Source: Fimicolochytrium jonesii (Eukaryota). From it: a stretch of 64,000 nt of DNA. Below, piece by piece: positions 48,477 through 60,800 of this stretch (position 1 is the first letter of the stretch; the number at the start of each line of letters is the position of its first letter). Under the pieces are notes generated by a model. The model saw only the letters and a program-made list of their open reading frames with translations. It did no database searches and had not been told where the DNA came from. Location: assembly GCF_025526975.1 (NCBI RefSeq), contig NW_026515674.1, forward strand, positions 496,001 through 560,000, given 5' to 3'. The position numbers were made by a program, and so were the translations under genes.

Positions 48477-49704
48477 ATGACTCCACCGGCCTTTCATATG
48501 CTAGACCACGGTCTGACAGAGCAAGGGTCCCCCCTGCTCCCACCTTCGATGGAAAGGACGCCTTCTCCGTTCTTTGCCGGACATGCACATCCCCGGCCCT
48601 CCTCCACTTCACCCTCCGGCCCGAGACGAGTGACAACGAAGCTAGCACCGCTGGTCGTGCGTTGCGAAGTACGGAGCCGCATACCATCACAGTTTGGCGG
48701 ACTGTGCTATGTGCACTTGTACAGCAACAACAAGGACGACGAGGAGCACCTTGCGTTGGTCTACGGGGAGGACATTGAAAGCGCCACGTTAGAGGAAATG
48801 CGTCCGGGGGATACGGATCAGGAGCGGATGCTGCGGGGTGTAAAGTCCGTGGCTGGGGAGCGTCAGACGACAGAAAATGGGTCCGCTGACGGGGTTGTGA
48901 GCACAGCGCCATTAATACGGATCCATTCGTGTTGCTTTACGGGAGAGACGTTGGGATCGCTGCGCTGTGACTGTGCGGAGCAGTTGGAGGAGGCGATGCG
49001 CCTTATGGCGGCGGAGGGCCGTGGCGTGGTTTTGTATCTGAAGCAGGAGGGCCGGGGGATAGGGCTGAGAGAGAAGCTGAGGTGAGCATCCACTTGCTCC
49101 TTGATCCAATTGATAGGGACGAAGGAATATCTGGTTGAACGACCCACGTCTTTCCAGGGCATACAATCTCATTGACCTGGGCCACGATACGATGGCAGCC
49201 AACATCGCGCTCGGACATCCAGCGGACGCCCGGACGTACGAAATCGCGAGCGCCATGTTGAAGGACCTCGGAGTTCTCAAGGCGCGGCTGCTGACGAACA
49301 ACCCAGACAAGCTGTACCACCTACAAAATGACGGCATCGAAATAGTAGAGCGAGTGCCTATGATTCCAGCAAGTTGGAGGCGGATGGGCGTCAACGTCGG
49401 CATTCCTGTCGAGAAGCTACCGCCTTCTGCCATCACCACCGCATCACAATCATCTGTCTCACCATCTGCAGCAGCATCAACATCACCATCCTCATCATCA
49501 CAACCTACAACACTACTTAACACCAACGGCACGCATGCAACGCCGATACAGTTACAGGACAGAGACGAATACCTGGTTACGAAAGTGCAGCGGATGGGTC
49601 ACATCCTGAACATCCCGTCGCAGGTGCTGGAAGCCGTGAATGGGGTGGCATCCGCTCACGCGGCAAAGACAGTTCTTTCCCAAAGTGGGACTCCTCAGCA
49701 TTAG
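48477..49704 (+). CDS. RIB1: GTP cyclohydrolase II; 2 exons, start uncertain
   Basis: [62 protein letters not shown]. Confidence 0.95.
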
Positions 49705-50054
49705 ATTTTCTCATCGTATGTATACGTAGCACGCCCATCGGTTTCCCCCTTTCCCTTATAACTGGATGATCGTCATCCCTGCACCGGAGATTAGCGCTGG
49801 AAAGTGGTGGAAGAGGAAGATCAGTTGCTTGCTTGGGGTTTTTGGGCAGGCGGATTTGTAGACGCATTATATATACTCTCTCATACCAAACGATGAATAT
49901 CTTTTTCACTGCTTCATATACACACGGATGTTACTCAAAAATCGAACGACAGAACAGGGAGGAAGATGAAAATGCCTCGCTCGTGGTAGAAACACGATTT
50001 GGTTCCCGTCGCCCACGACGCTAAACCTACGCCGTCGGGAAAATCCTAACATGC

Positions 50055-50840
50055 TCACTTATACTTCCGGCCCTTGTGCCCCTTATGCTTTCCCCACCCG
50101 CCCTTATGTTTACCCCACCCCTTATGCCCCTTATGCTTCCCTCCCTTATACTTCTTGTGCTTGCCACCTCCCATGTGTCCTCCACCCATCATTCCTGGAA
50201 TCACCCCTCCGCCGGGAAACACGCCATGACCTCCTCCACTTGAGTGACCACCACCATGGGTTGCGGCGTTCATAAGCCCGGAGATGGCAGCAAAACCGGC
50301 TGCGCCGCCCATAACGCCGAGACCCATTTTCCCAAGGCCTTTGTCATCTTGGGCACCACCAGGCGGTGGGTTGTGGTGCGGGGGAGGACCTTGCTGCTGC
50401 TGGTATTGAGCGTACTGCTGGGGCGTCGGGGCATAATTCTGCTGCTGTTGTTGTTGGTGTTGGGGAGGATAATTCTGCTGCGGCTGACCGTGTTGACCGT
50501 AATTCTGCTGCGGTTGACCCTGCTGGCCCTGCTGACCATAGTTTTGAGGAGCACCCCCAGGTGGACCCCTTGGGTCCTCCCAAGACGATTTCCCGGTGGT
50601 CGTGTCTGGAGGTAACCTGTCCTTCAGCGAAAACTCTCGGATGCTATGCGTGAGGGGTATGCTTGACTTACCGACGAAGAAGTTTCTCTGGTAATTTGCA
50701 TCCCACTGCGTGATCCAGCTACGTCAAAAATAAGATTAGTTCTTGCAGTTCACACATCAGCACCATCGCGCGCGTCAGTCCAGGGTGGTGGGCAATGGCC
50801 GTGCATACCCGGGAGGCAGGGGTCGGGGGTCGTTGTTCAT
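50055..50840 (-). CDS. WW-domain protein (Wwm1-like) with a Q/P-rich middle and G/K/H-rich tail; 3 exons
   Basis: Spliced N-terminus MNNDPRPLPPGWITQWDANYQRNFFVDTTTGKSSWEDPR is a canonical WW domain. Confidence 0.85.
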
Positions 50841-51202
50841 TTTGGCGAAAGTGAGATGATGTTTGGAGCCGGAGATGGGTTATGGCTCTTGTGTTGGGCG
50901 TAAAGATGCGAGCGCTCTTGAGAGTGGATGTGGACATGTCCTTCGTCACCGTAACTTTACCGAGGGAACCGGCTGCGGGTCTAATTGTACCGAGAACCGG
51001 GTACCCTTTTTGACGGCCGTCAAAAAAACACGTATCCAGTTGCACTGTCAGTTGAAAGTTTATGCTAATGGATGGACGAGGGAAGTAGTCCTCGAGAATC
51101 GAAGGTAACATCTATCATTCTTCGCAACTTGAAACAAAGAGTGTACTACATCTAAGCCATGGCGCACATGCAGCCCACGCGTAATCATGCTTAGCGGAAA
51201 AA

Positions 51203-54200
51203 TTATGCTTCCACGAACGAAGACTTTTGAATGGCTCTCCCCGCCGAGCGAATCGGAGACGTAGCGGAACTTGCTTTTCCTCCTTTAGCATTTCCAGTAA
51301 TTGCTGAGAAGAACGAGTCGCGGGCAGCAGACGTTGTAAACCGGAGCTTGAGAGTCTCGTCCTGGGATTTGAACAAGATCTCTGTTTCGCCCACCTGAGT
51401 GAAGTTACCCGGAGAATAGTCGTAAAAGGAGGCTGGCTGCTGCCGGAACTGCAAATATACTATATGGTCAGCACCAATTACACAAGAGCGGAACGTTGGC
51501 GTCGGCCAAACCTTTTTCAGAATCAATCGATTCGAGTCTTTCAAAATGACTGCTTCGTGCGCTGTATACTTTGAGAGTAGGCCGCCAGAAGATACTTGGA
51601 GCATCGGCACCTTTGCAAAGAACAAGTGAGTGGATAGTTAAGAGTAGCAAAACCAACAAGAAGCAGCTCAGGATTTGCTGACCTCTATGTACAGCTTTTC
51701 TGCTGAAGGGTCGCTTTTGGCGGCAGGCGCCATGATCGTCGAGCGTGCGCCGCCGCTGCTCTCTTCGATGGAGGACCCTGCTTCAAGAGTGTTTTTCGAA
51801 GATGCGCCATGGGTCGCCACCCAGGCTACTGAGGCGATGAGTTTTGGAACGAACATTTGGCATACGAGGAATGTGCTGGCCACGACTTGCAGAAAACACA
51901 CGAATATCGAGCGAACCCTAAAGGGAAGCACGGTGGACGTGTAATTTATCGGCGTGAGGATCAGGGATACGAGTAGGAGTATGTAGATGCATGGGATAAT
52001 GTGCTGTAAAGGTCACCAAAGGGTTTCTTCAGTTTGAATCCTCATGTTTGGTGCGATATAAAACATAGGACGTACTTGCGACTCATTGAAGTCGGATTTG
52101 ACGTTGCGAATCCTAACAGCCAGGTAGATCCCAGAGAAAAGCCAAAGAGCATTGTACGCGATCAGTATGGCGCTTGCCGCATCACCGGTTGACGGTTTGT
52201 TCGACGCGCAGCCAACTGACATTAAAAAAAAACATGCGTCAGAGGCAGATGACATCCAAGAGCAGAACCTTTCACACACATACTGTATTCTGATCCATTA
52301 GGGTCCAGCAGGAGTTTCGGGCGAGGGATGTCTATGCTGTACCACACAATCAAGATGATCTGATGACGTGTCAATTAGTAGGAAGAACATTCAGAGAGGA
52401 AACGGTGAAGAGATGTTCTGCTCACGATATCGACTGTCACAGCGAGAGCAACCATTAAGCCTAGAAAGTTGGACTTCAGCATCCAGGGAACATTCCTCGC
52501 CTTTCTTGCATAATTGCTGTGGGCAAGGTTAGTACATTGAAGCTCTTAACCGTCTGTGCAATCGACGATAATTACAAGATGAAATGGATGCGATAAGTCT
52601 AAACAAAGAATGCAACAGTTAGAAGGCCGAAGAGAACACGATATCATTGGACTTCTGCATGTGTGTGCTGCTCACCTTCAGGACAAGGTTCCCCAATGCC
52701 AACGTGAACCCAATAGCCACAAGAGCCGGTTGCAAAGCGCAGGACAGTCGGCTGGGCATTCCAATGTACGTGTATACATCCGCCAGTCCCAGTAAACCCC
52801 CGGCTACAATCAGCATGCAGAACGTCGGGCTTGCAGCCACCATCGGCTTTGCGTTCCGGAAGAATATGATTGCAGCGGCAATGGCAAACGTCCCGAGAAT
52901 AGCCAGCGTGTTGATGGAAGCGATGGTTGCGCCGATACCGGACGACCAGAGAACGTCCTGATAGGTTGCGCAGCGAGTGTCAAAGCTGTAACCGTCGCTG
53001 TACTCTCCTAGCGGGCATTCCTCACATTTCCGGTCCGCTTCGTTCAAGTATGTCCCCGGTGGGCATTTGATGTGCACATTGATAGTCTGGCAGAGTCGCT
53101 CCACTCTATCCCATCGAAAGCCTTGTATGCGAATGCAGTACTCCAAGTACGGGATTGACAATTATCACCTCGACCGTGTCCGTTGCGGCGAGGCGGGTTC
53201 CGACGGTGGCAACCTTTCTATTCACCCTCAAAAGTGACCTCTCGGGATCCGGGATAGCCGCTATCTCGAAGGTTAACTTATCCCCGTCCGGGTCTGGCCC
53301 CGCCAGATTGATGTTGACTTTGGATGAGGTACCGTTGAGAACCACGGGAAAGCCGTAGCCCCCTACAGGGGCACCTGAGGGATACAGAAATGGTTGGGCG
53401 CCGGAAAGCTGAGCTGTGCCGTTGCTGTCCCAGCAGGGATGCTGCGGTGGCTCCAAAGCATTGCATTTGCCATCCCCAAGTGGACACCACGGTAACACGT
53501 TCGGCGTGCAACCACCAGGCACAAGCAGCCGTCCACTCCCACTTGCATCGGCAATCGGATCCGAGTTGGAGAAGGGAGTGGAAAATGCAAGTGCATCGCG
53601 GTGTGAGTCAAAGGTATAGTACGGGAGTAAACCGGGTTGCAGCTCGGGTTGTAGCTTCTGATACATTGTAGACCTGATTTGAGCGGGGCCTCTCGAGTAA
53701 TTGAAGACTCTGAACTCGTCCAAAAATCCGCGGAAATAATGGTCTTTCCCCCAGAATGGCCAATGACAGACATGGAGGCCACGGAGCATATGCCCTGTGA
53801 ATGGGAACGTGGGCGAACTTGCGGCGGCTTGGCCATCTATATAAATGGAAATGATGTCTCCATCCGAAGTCACGGCGACATGGTACCATCGCTGCTGATA
53901 CGGGGTTGCATCGGCTATGGCTGCTCCGTCTCCCAGCTGTTTCCACGAGTGATAAGCTTGAATTTGGCCGGCCGCGTTGGGAGCGTGGGCCAGGAAACGA
54001 CCCTGACAATAGTCCGTCACTTCCCAACGAGTCTTGTTGGATGTTCTCAGGTCATTACACCAGCTTCCACCACCGGCATTGACCTCGGAGTTTCCAATGC
54101 TATAAACAGTGCCGTCCAGCTGCGGGTCCCAGTTGTACGCCCACCATTCGATGGTGTACTTTAAATCGGTGTTTGGTACCCCGAAAGTGAAATTTTTGTC

Positions 54201-56404
54201 ATATGCGAAAGAGTTGCCGCCTGATGTGTGTTTGTTACGTTAGCCCTCACTATATATAACCATGCGCGGTTCGCGGCTATGCATACCATCGCAGAAGATA
54301 GCTCCTCCCGCATCGCCCACCATGGGTTTCCTGTTCGTTTTCACTATCAAATCGAGCTTAAGACCCGTTCCCAAGGTAGAAGCGCCTTGCAGCACATCAT
54401 ATTGCAGAAAACACGACCGATCTTCCTGGGGAGTGGTCGCAGTGGCGGCAGGTGCCTTCAAAACTAGGGTCACATGCCCAGGCAGCGAAACAGGCCCCGT
54501 CAAAACACTTCCATCGTCCTTCCTCGAGATAACTACATTCGGTGATGAGCATGCTGGTAAAGCGGTGATCCGGATCGTTAGTGTGGAGGCGTCGCTGGCG
54601 GACTGCCCCGGTAGAAGTGACAATTCATCTGTGAACAAACGGCTTAGAAAAGTATCTTGGTCCACATGCATCGCAACGACGTACATGTGCCATTCCAGTG
54701 AGGGGTGGCGCGAATTGCTTCCAGGACATGCACCAGGGCTCCGTAATACGGAGCATCCGATGGGAGGATTGTGGGCATCAGGCGCTTCACTGGAACACTC
54801 TGCGCTTGACTCACTGCCTGCGGACAGAATGTTAAGCCTCACTCGAGCCTCACTCAGAATGCGGACGGCGTCATCAGTTATGGTTTACCATGGTAATATC
54901 CCACGCACTGGGAGAGAGGTCCTGAGTAACGAAACCGATATCAACCACTGCACGTGGATCTGGAAACCACAGTCAGGAAACTACACCAAGATCTACCGGC
55001 AAGTTGAATGGTTGTGAATAGTCCCAACTGTCGGCATTGTAGTATGCGATCAGATTAGCATGCTCGCCGCTCGTCAGCGACCGGTACCTCGCCGCCGCTA
55101 TTTCAGTCTGTGAAGAATCAATCCGATTACGAACGCCGTTAGAGCTGATTGGCCTGCGTGCTGGATGAGTTGACGTGAAAGCGTCCGGTAGTGTACCTGA
55201 GTGCGCGCAACTTTCCACACCCTGACCTCATCCAGGTCACCGGCTGTAAATGCATGTCTGATCAGTTTCTCCATACTATACCGAAGCATCCAGCACTCTC
55301 CGTCGGGACGACGACTTACTCAGGGAAGACGGCTGATCATATTGTGTCCTCCCTGTAATCAGTAGTGTTCAGTCTATGTGCAGTGTGGCAGCACGGTAGT
55401 ATCTAGCTCACCGATGTTTATAGATCCGCCCTGAAGGTTCAAGGAACCAGTGCAATGTACCGATGCAACCAAGTTCCCATCAACGTATGTATTGACTGTC
55501 TTTGCGGCGCTGTCCACCGTTCCCGCTAAGTGGCTGCCCAAGCGTTCCAAGCGCATCAAAATGAGTCGCCATGCGTTTGTTTGGCTGAATACGACAAAAC
55601 CAGTTCAAATTACTGCCAGTTTCCGTCAAAAAGTTTTAGCCCTTCCGTCACTGAAGCGGGCAACTATCGGTCGCCCTCGAAGCATGGGTCGGTCGAATCG
55701 AAACCCTCGGTGACGAACATGGGACTTCCATTGTCCCCTACTTTTAGGGCTATATGGTGGGCTCCCGCTGTCATGGATATTAGCCTGAATGCTTTTCGTG
55801 TGATGATATATGTATAGACAGTGGCCCTTTACTTTTGGTGCCCCAGAAAGTCTCCAGAATCGGCCAACAACATCCTGGCGAAGTGGACGGTTTGTGAGAA
55901 TTCATTTGCCAGCACGTGGAGGGCTCAGACGGGTATCATGAGTACCCTCGTTCTGGTCCGTGAATACCTTTGCCTGGATTATCTGGGTCAATCGTGGGGC
56001 GTACCCATCCTTCTACAGTAATGTCTAGATGTACAAAAGGAATCAGTTCCTATATCATCAATGATGTTCATCATTTTGTCGGATACCCACCACTGTAGGC
56101 TTCAAATGCCCGTGATGAGCCAGCGTTGTACTGAATCTAGGAACGCCTGGATATAAGAAGCGCTTTCGAAGCGGCGTCGGAGCATGTTACATACCAAACT
56201 GGTTGGTTTGCCTCGAACATTATAATCAAACTTGTTCGAGTCGAGTAGATTGCGATATGCAACCTCATCCGAAAACTCTGTAGAGGAGTCAAATTGAAGC
56301 ATCAACCCTGCGCCTCCGATCCTACTTGTGTCGACCGCGGCGCCGGCCGCCGATATCATCAACAATGGAAGAAGCCATTTTGAGATTATGGCTGCGGCTG
56401 GCAT
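51203..56404 (-). CDS. Class C (7tm_3/GABA-B-like) GPCR with two LamG/pentraxin-like ectodomains, a Cys-rich linker and a possible PH-like tail; many exons, may be damaged
   Basis: Signal peptide; DGNWHHLAGT...YVDG...GDLDEVRVW; WYHVAVT...YIDG...GFLDEFRVF; CPPGTY..CEECPLGEYS; ASPTFCMLIVAG..C..QPALVAIGFTL; IRNVKSDFNES. Confidence 0.8.
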
Positions 56405-56803
56405 GGCTGGGGATGGCGTCCGGTTCGTCCGGTGCGAATGCCGTTAGTTTGTGACCGTGCCCTTCACGGACACTTTCCGCTTTGTATGGGGTCGTTCGTC
56501 AACGAAAAGCTGCACATGCACCAGGGTGCAACATGCACAAGCCGAATTTGGCGCAGGGTCAAAGGTGTCGAATCTGCTTGTGTCAGCACTCCGACCTTCG
56601 CGTCGTGGAGGGACGCAGCAAAAGCGGCTTGACCAACTAAACGCGGCATCTTGCAGATCTCCACAACCACACGTCTCGCAACATGGATATCTCGGATCTC
56701 GACAAGATCAAGGACAGTCTACAGAAGGGTCCGTCTCAAAGTGTATCTCATGAAGCACGGGCTTGTCTTTGCTGATGCCCCCTTGCCCACAACAGACCTA
56801 TCC

Positions 56804-57602
56804 ATGGCCTCGCACTCAGACTTTAGAGGTCATTGCGAGAGGTGCGGCGAGCCTGTCCTCAACGATACTGGACCTGGAGTCTCCTACAGCCAGGACAACA
56901 TCTCGCATTCTTTTCACCGCAAATGCTTCCTATGCGCCGGTTGCAACAATTCTATCGTAGACGAGTTTTTCATGCATGGAGACAAACCTCATGGCAAACC
57001 TTATTGCAAAGCGTGTTATGAGAAGCTTCTCGGCTCGTGTTCAAAATGTCAACTTAGTCTGATTGGCTCGGAGATAATACTAGCTGGTAAAAGTGCAAAG
57101 TTCCACCCACAGGTATGGGGCGACGACCAATGACAAATGCAGGGTAGAAGCTGAGCTCACTCGGTATCTGCTAGTGCTTCCTGTGTTTTAAATGCAAAAG
57201 TCCGCTGCAAGCGCGATACTTTCAACAAGATGATCATCACTATTGTCGGACATGCTACGAGGAAAAGTTTACACCCGAATGTGCACGGTGTACGCAAAAG
57301 ATCCTTCCAGATCAAGCGTCGAAAATCGCCATGGTCGAGTGGAAGGATAAGAAATTTCACCAGGATTGTTTCCGTTGCAAGGTAAGACACCATCTGCATG
57401 ACATGTCGTTCTCTGCTGATAGCTTCCTAGTAACAGTTGTTGATGTTTACAGAAGTGCGACACGCCATTTACAGACCTGAAAGCGTTACATCACATTGGG
57501 GAGCTTTATTGCGAGGCATGCTACTTTGTGGTCATTAAGGAAATGGATATATCGATAGTCGCTGCAGAAAGCGGCGGCGCAGGGAAAGGGAAAAGGCCCT
57601 AA
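56804..57602 (+). CDS. Three-LIM-domain protein; 3 exons, start uncertain
   Basis: Three CxxC...FHxxCFxCxxC...YCxxCY units after splicing. Confidence 0.88.
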
Positions 57603-57834
57603 GTACCTGGCGAAATCTGGGAGACGTTTCCGTAGCGGCATCCGTAGAGGCTGTAGAGGCATAACGATTCAGGCAGGCTTGCAGATCTTAGACGGCCTGC
57701 GCCACTAGTTCTTATACCCCGTTACTAAAAGAGAAGGGTCACTTCAATAGTCGTGGTTATAAATTCGGCGAGAAGCATGTTCATTATGAGACATACTAAA
57801 GACTAAGATCGCCCCGGCGCGCCTGATAGATCTA

Positions 57835-60800
57835 TTAGTCCCAGTTACTATCGTCGTCAAGATCCAGGTCTTCATCTTCAGTGATCGAGCCAAGCTCTTT
57901 CAGCACGTCGGCAACGTTCTCAGAGTTCGGATCGGGTGTGGGTCCTGTAGCCGATACGTTCGAGGCCTGCCTCGATGATGCGCCATAGGACTGAGGGTCC
58001 TTCCCGAGTGTTTTGCCTACAGGTCTGGAATGCGCAATATTCAGGTCAAACTCAGGTGTAGATCGCGATGAGTCGCATACCGAAACGGAAGAAAACGCTT
58101 ACCTGGACGTCACCTTCTGGACCGGTTCATCGGATGAGTCTTCCGAAATCAGGACATCGTCCAAGTCATCGAAATCATCTGTGACGATCGACGCCTCCGA
58201 AACTTTTCTCAGAGGGACTCCTGTGCTCGGCCCCGACTTCGGAGCAGTCCCCAGCGGCCGCGTACGAGATGTCTCGCTTTCGCTGGCATCCAACGAGCTC
58301 ACATCAAAGTCCGATTCGTCTTTCCGTTGTGGGATACTTCCAGCTGCTTGATTCCGCGGCGGTAGGGAGGACAGACCGAGCGCCGCCTGTGCTCGTTCGT
58401 AGCCTGTTCTCGCCGGAGCTTGTTGTTGCGCTGGTATGGAGGTAGGTATTGTTGTGGGCTCTCTCACAGATGGAAATAGGGAGTGCGGCTGAGACTGTAT
58501 CTGCTGGTGGGGATGCTGTTGTGCACGGGATGCGGCATTCATGCCTGGTAGAGGCACGCGAGTAAGTGGGCGGACGTTCGGAAGCCACTTACGGGGGACA
58601 TTTGACAACCCGCTTTCTTCGCTTTCTTCCAGGATGGCTTGTACCGCGCGATTGCCCTGCTTTCCTGCATGCCCACCTCTGTACCGCGGTGCAGGTTCGG
58701 GGACTGATACGTCCGATGCCGTCTCGCTATATGACAACGCATCAGATGATTCTGTCCGCGTTCCATCACTCATGGAGGAAACCGCAGGTTCACCCCTTTT
58801 CCGGCGTTGCGGTCGATGCGTGCCACGGGCCTTTCCCCTCGGTGGAGACGGTGAAGGGGAATCCGCGAAAGCCTCCACAGGGGTGTGCTGTAGAGGTTTA
58901 GCACCCCGTTTTGGTTTGTGACTCCGCTGAGGGCGTTGCGGCGAGATGGATTCTTCTTCTGATTCCGATTCCGTTTCCACTTCTTTTCGGCGATCCTGTT
59001 CTGGTGGACGGCGATGCTTTTGCGCATATGGTGCATGCCTCGGCGACCGTGTGGGTGAACCTGGACCGTCTCGCCTCTCTTTACGTTGATTCCGCTCGAA
59101 GGGTTGGGCGCTCATCGGTCCGTTTCTGTACTCATTTGGCGCGCGGCGAGGTAGAGCAGACATGGGCGACGGAGGGATTGGGGAGCCGTTCATTGATGCC
59201 TTCCGTCCCCAATAATCCGCTGCTGACGGCTGTGCCCTGGTGAAAGACAATGCCCGGGTCAGTCGCGAGAACCCTTCCTTAAGTTTGTTCGGAGATGGTG
59301 GCACGGAGATGGATAGCCGTCGATTAGGAGGCATGACAACCCGTGGGCGGCCGGCTGGAGGATGCTTAGACTGTCCTCGACCCCGCTGAGGGCTGGGAGG
59401 CATGTTCTCACGCGTGGACCTGGCAGAGTGTGGCGATTTGGCCTCGAGTTGGCGTTCAAAGTTTCGTCGGCGAGACGATTTGCGCGGCGATGGGGCTCGC
59501 TGCGGTCCCTGGGTGCGTCGGACTGGGGAAGAAGCTGTGGCATCGGATCCAGAATAGTCGCTGCTGCCTTCATCGTCCCAATTCACGTCCGCTTCCTGGC
59601 CGCCCTTTGCGCGTTTCAATGATGGAAACCGCATACCCCCAACAGTCGGTGTTGGCGCCATCGCCGAATATGGCGACGGGCCCGGATCTCTTTTGAACGT
59701 GGACAAAAGCTTGTCCTTTGCACCTCCCATAAAGCTGCTAATCACACTACCACGCGGCTGCGAAGCTAATAGTAGTCGTCCACGGTCAACGCTTACCCCA
59801 CCCCGCGAACCAGCCGCGAGCGAGAGTCCTCGCGCAGACCCAGGAACAGCCGATGGCGGTCCAGTGGTGGCTCTTCCGCGTCTGGGTCGGTCCTGCCGGG
59901 GCCCTCGGCGGGTGATCTTTCTTCCTCGTTCCTCCGCGTTTGGCGTATGCGGCTCAAAGCGCATCGGGGACATCTTCGCATCCGTCACAATCGGCGGAGG
60001 CTTCAACCCTCGCTTTCCGCGATGCCCTTTTGCCACGTCGTCGACAGTTTCTTCCAGCCAGGCACGCATCCGAGCATACAATGGGTTCTTGGTCGCTGCT
60101 TCCGCCTGTCTCCGGTCTAGATTGGCTTGTGCGGTATCAAGCAGGGTGGAAATGTCTCGATGTGTCTCCTCTATCCCCCACTGGGCGTAAACATCTGGCG
60201 CATTTATGCCTAGCTTGCTCAGCTGGTGATCGACTGCGGCGCTGATGTCGTTTCTCTGTCCCGTCAGCATGGCCGGATCGTGAGGATACATGGTTTTCAA
60301 CCATGAAGAAGTTGGTATTGGGGTCTCTGGTTCGTTTGAATTTGGTATCAGAATAGGCCGGCTTTGACGGAAGGCCATACTCGCTCCCATACCTTTATGC
60401 TCTTTCATCAACGCTTCTACACGATCCCAGGTCAGTGGCTGAGCAGAAATGTGAGGAAGTGAGCAAAAGACATCACATCATACGGGAGCATGTGATATCG
60501 TACCTGATTCTTCTTGACCCTTGCCTCAGCGGGAAAGGTGACTAGCTCAGGCCCGGAGTCGGAATCTGTGTACGCGAATGCCTGCACTCCACCCTGTGGG
60601 AGTCCCGAGCCCTGATCAAGGCGTGTTTTGAGGGTTTCCAGAGACCCCTTTGACAATCCGACACGAGCTCGTCAGCAAAAAGCCTTCTGATCTCTCCAAG
60701 GAAGACACACTATACCTGCAGTTTTGCAATTCGCGCCGCATCCGCCGCGCGTTTGGTCTCCAAATCTCTCATCTCCTGCACATGCCTCTGACAGTCATTC

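Noticed and set aside
55664..55666. TAG reassignment (alternative nuclear genetic code)
   Set aside because: BFR2, RIB1 and the Fanzor all end at TAG, and the long conserved exons contain no internal TAG.
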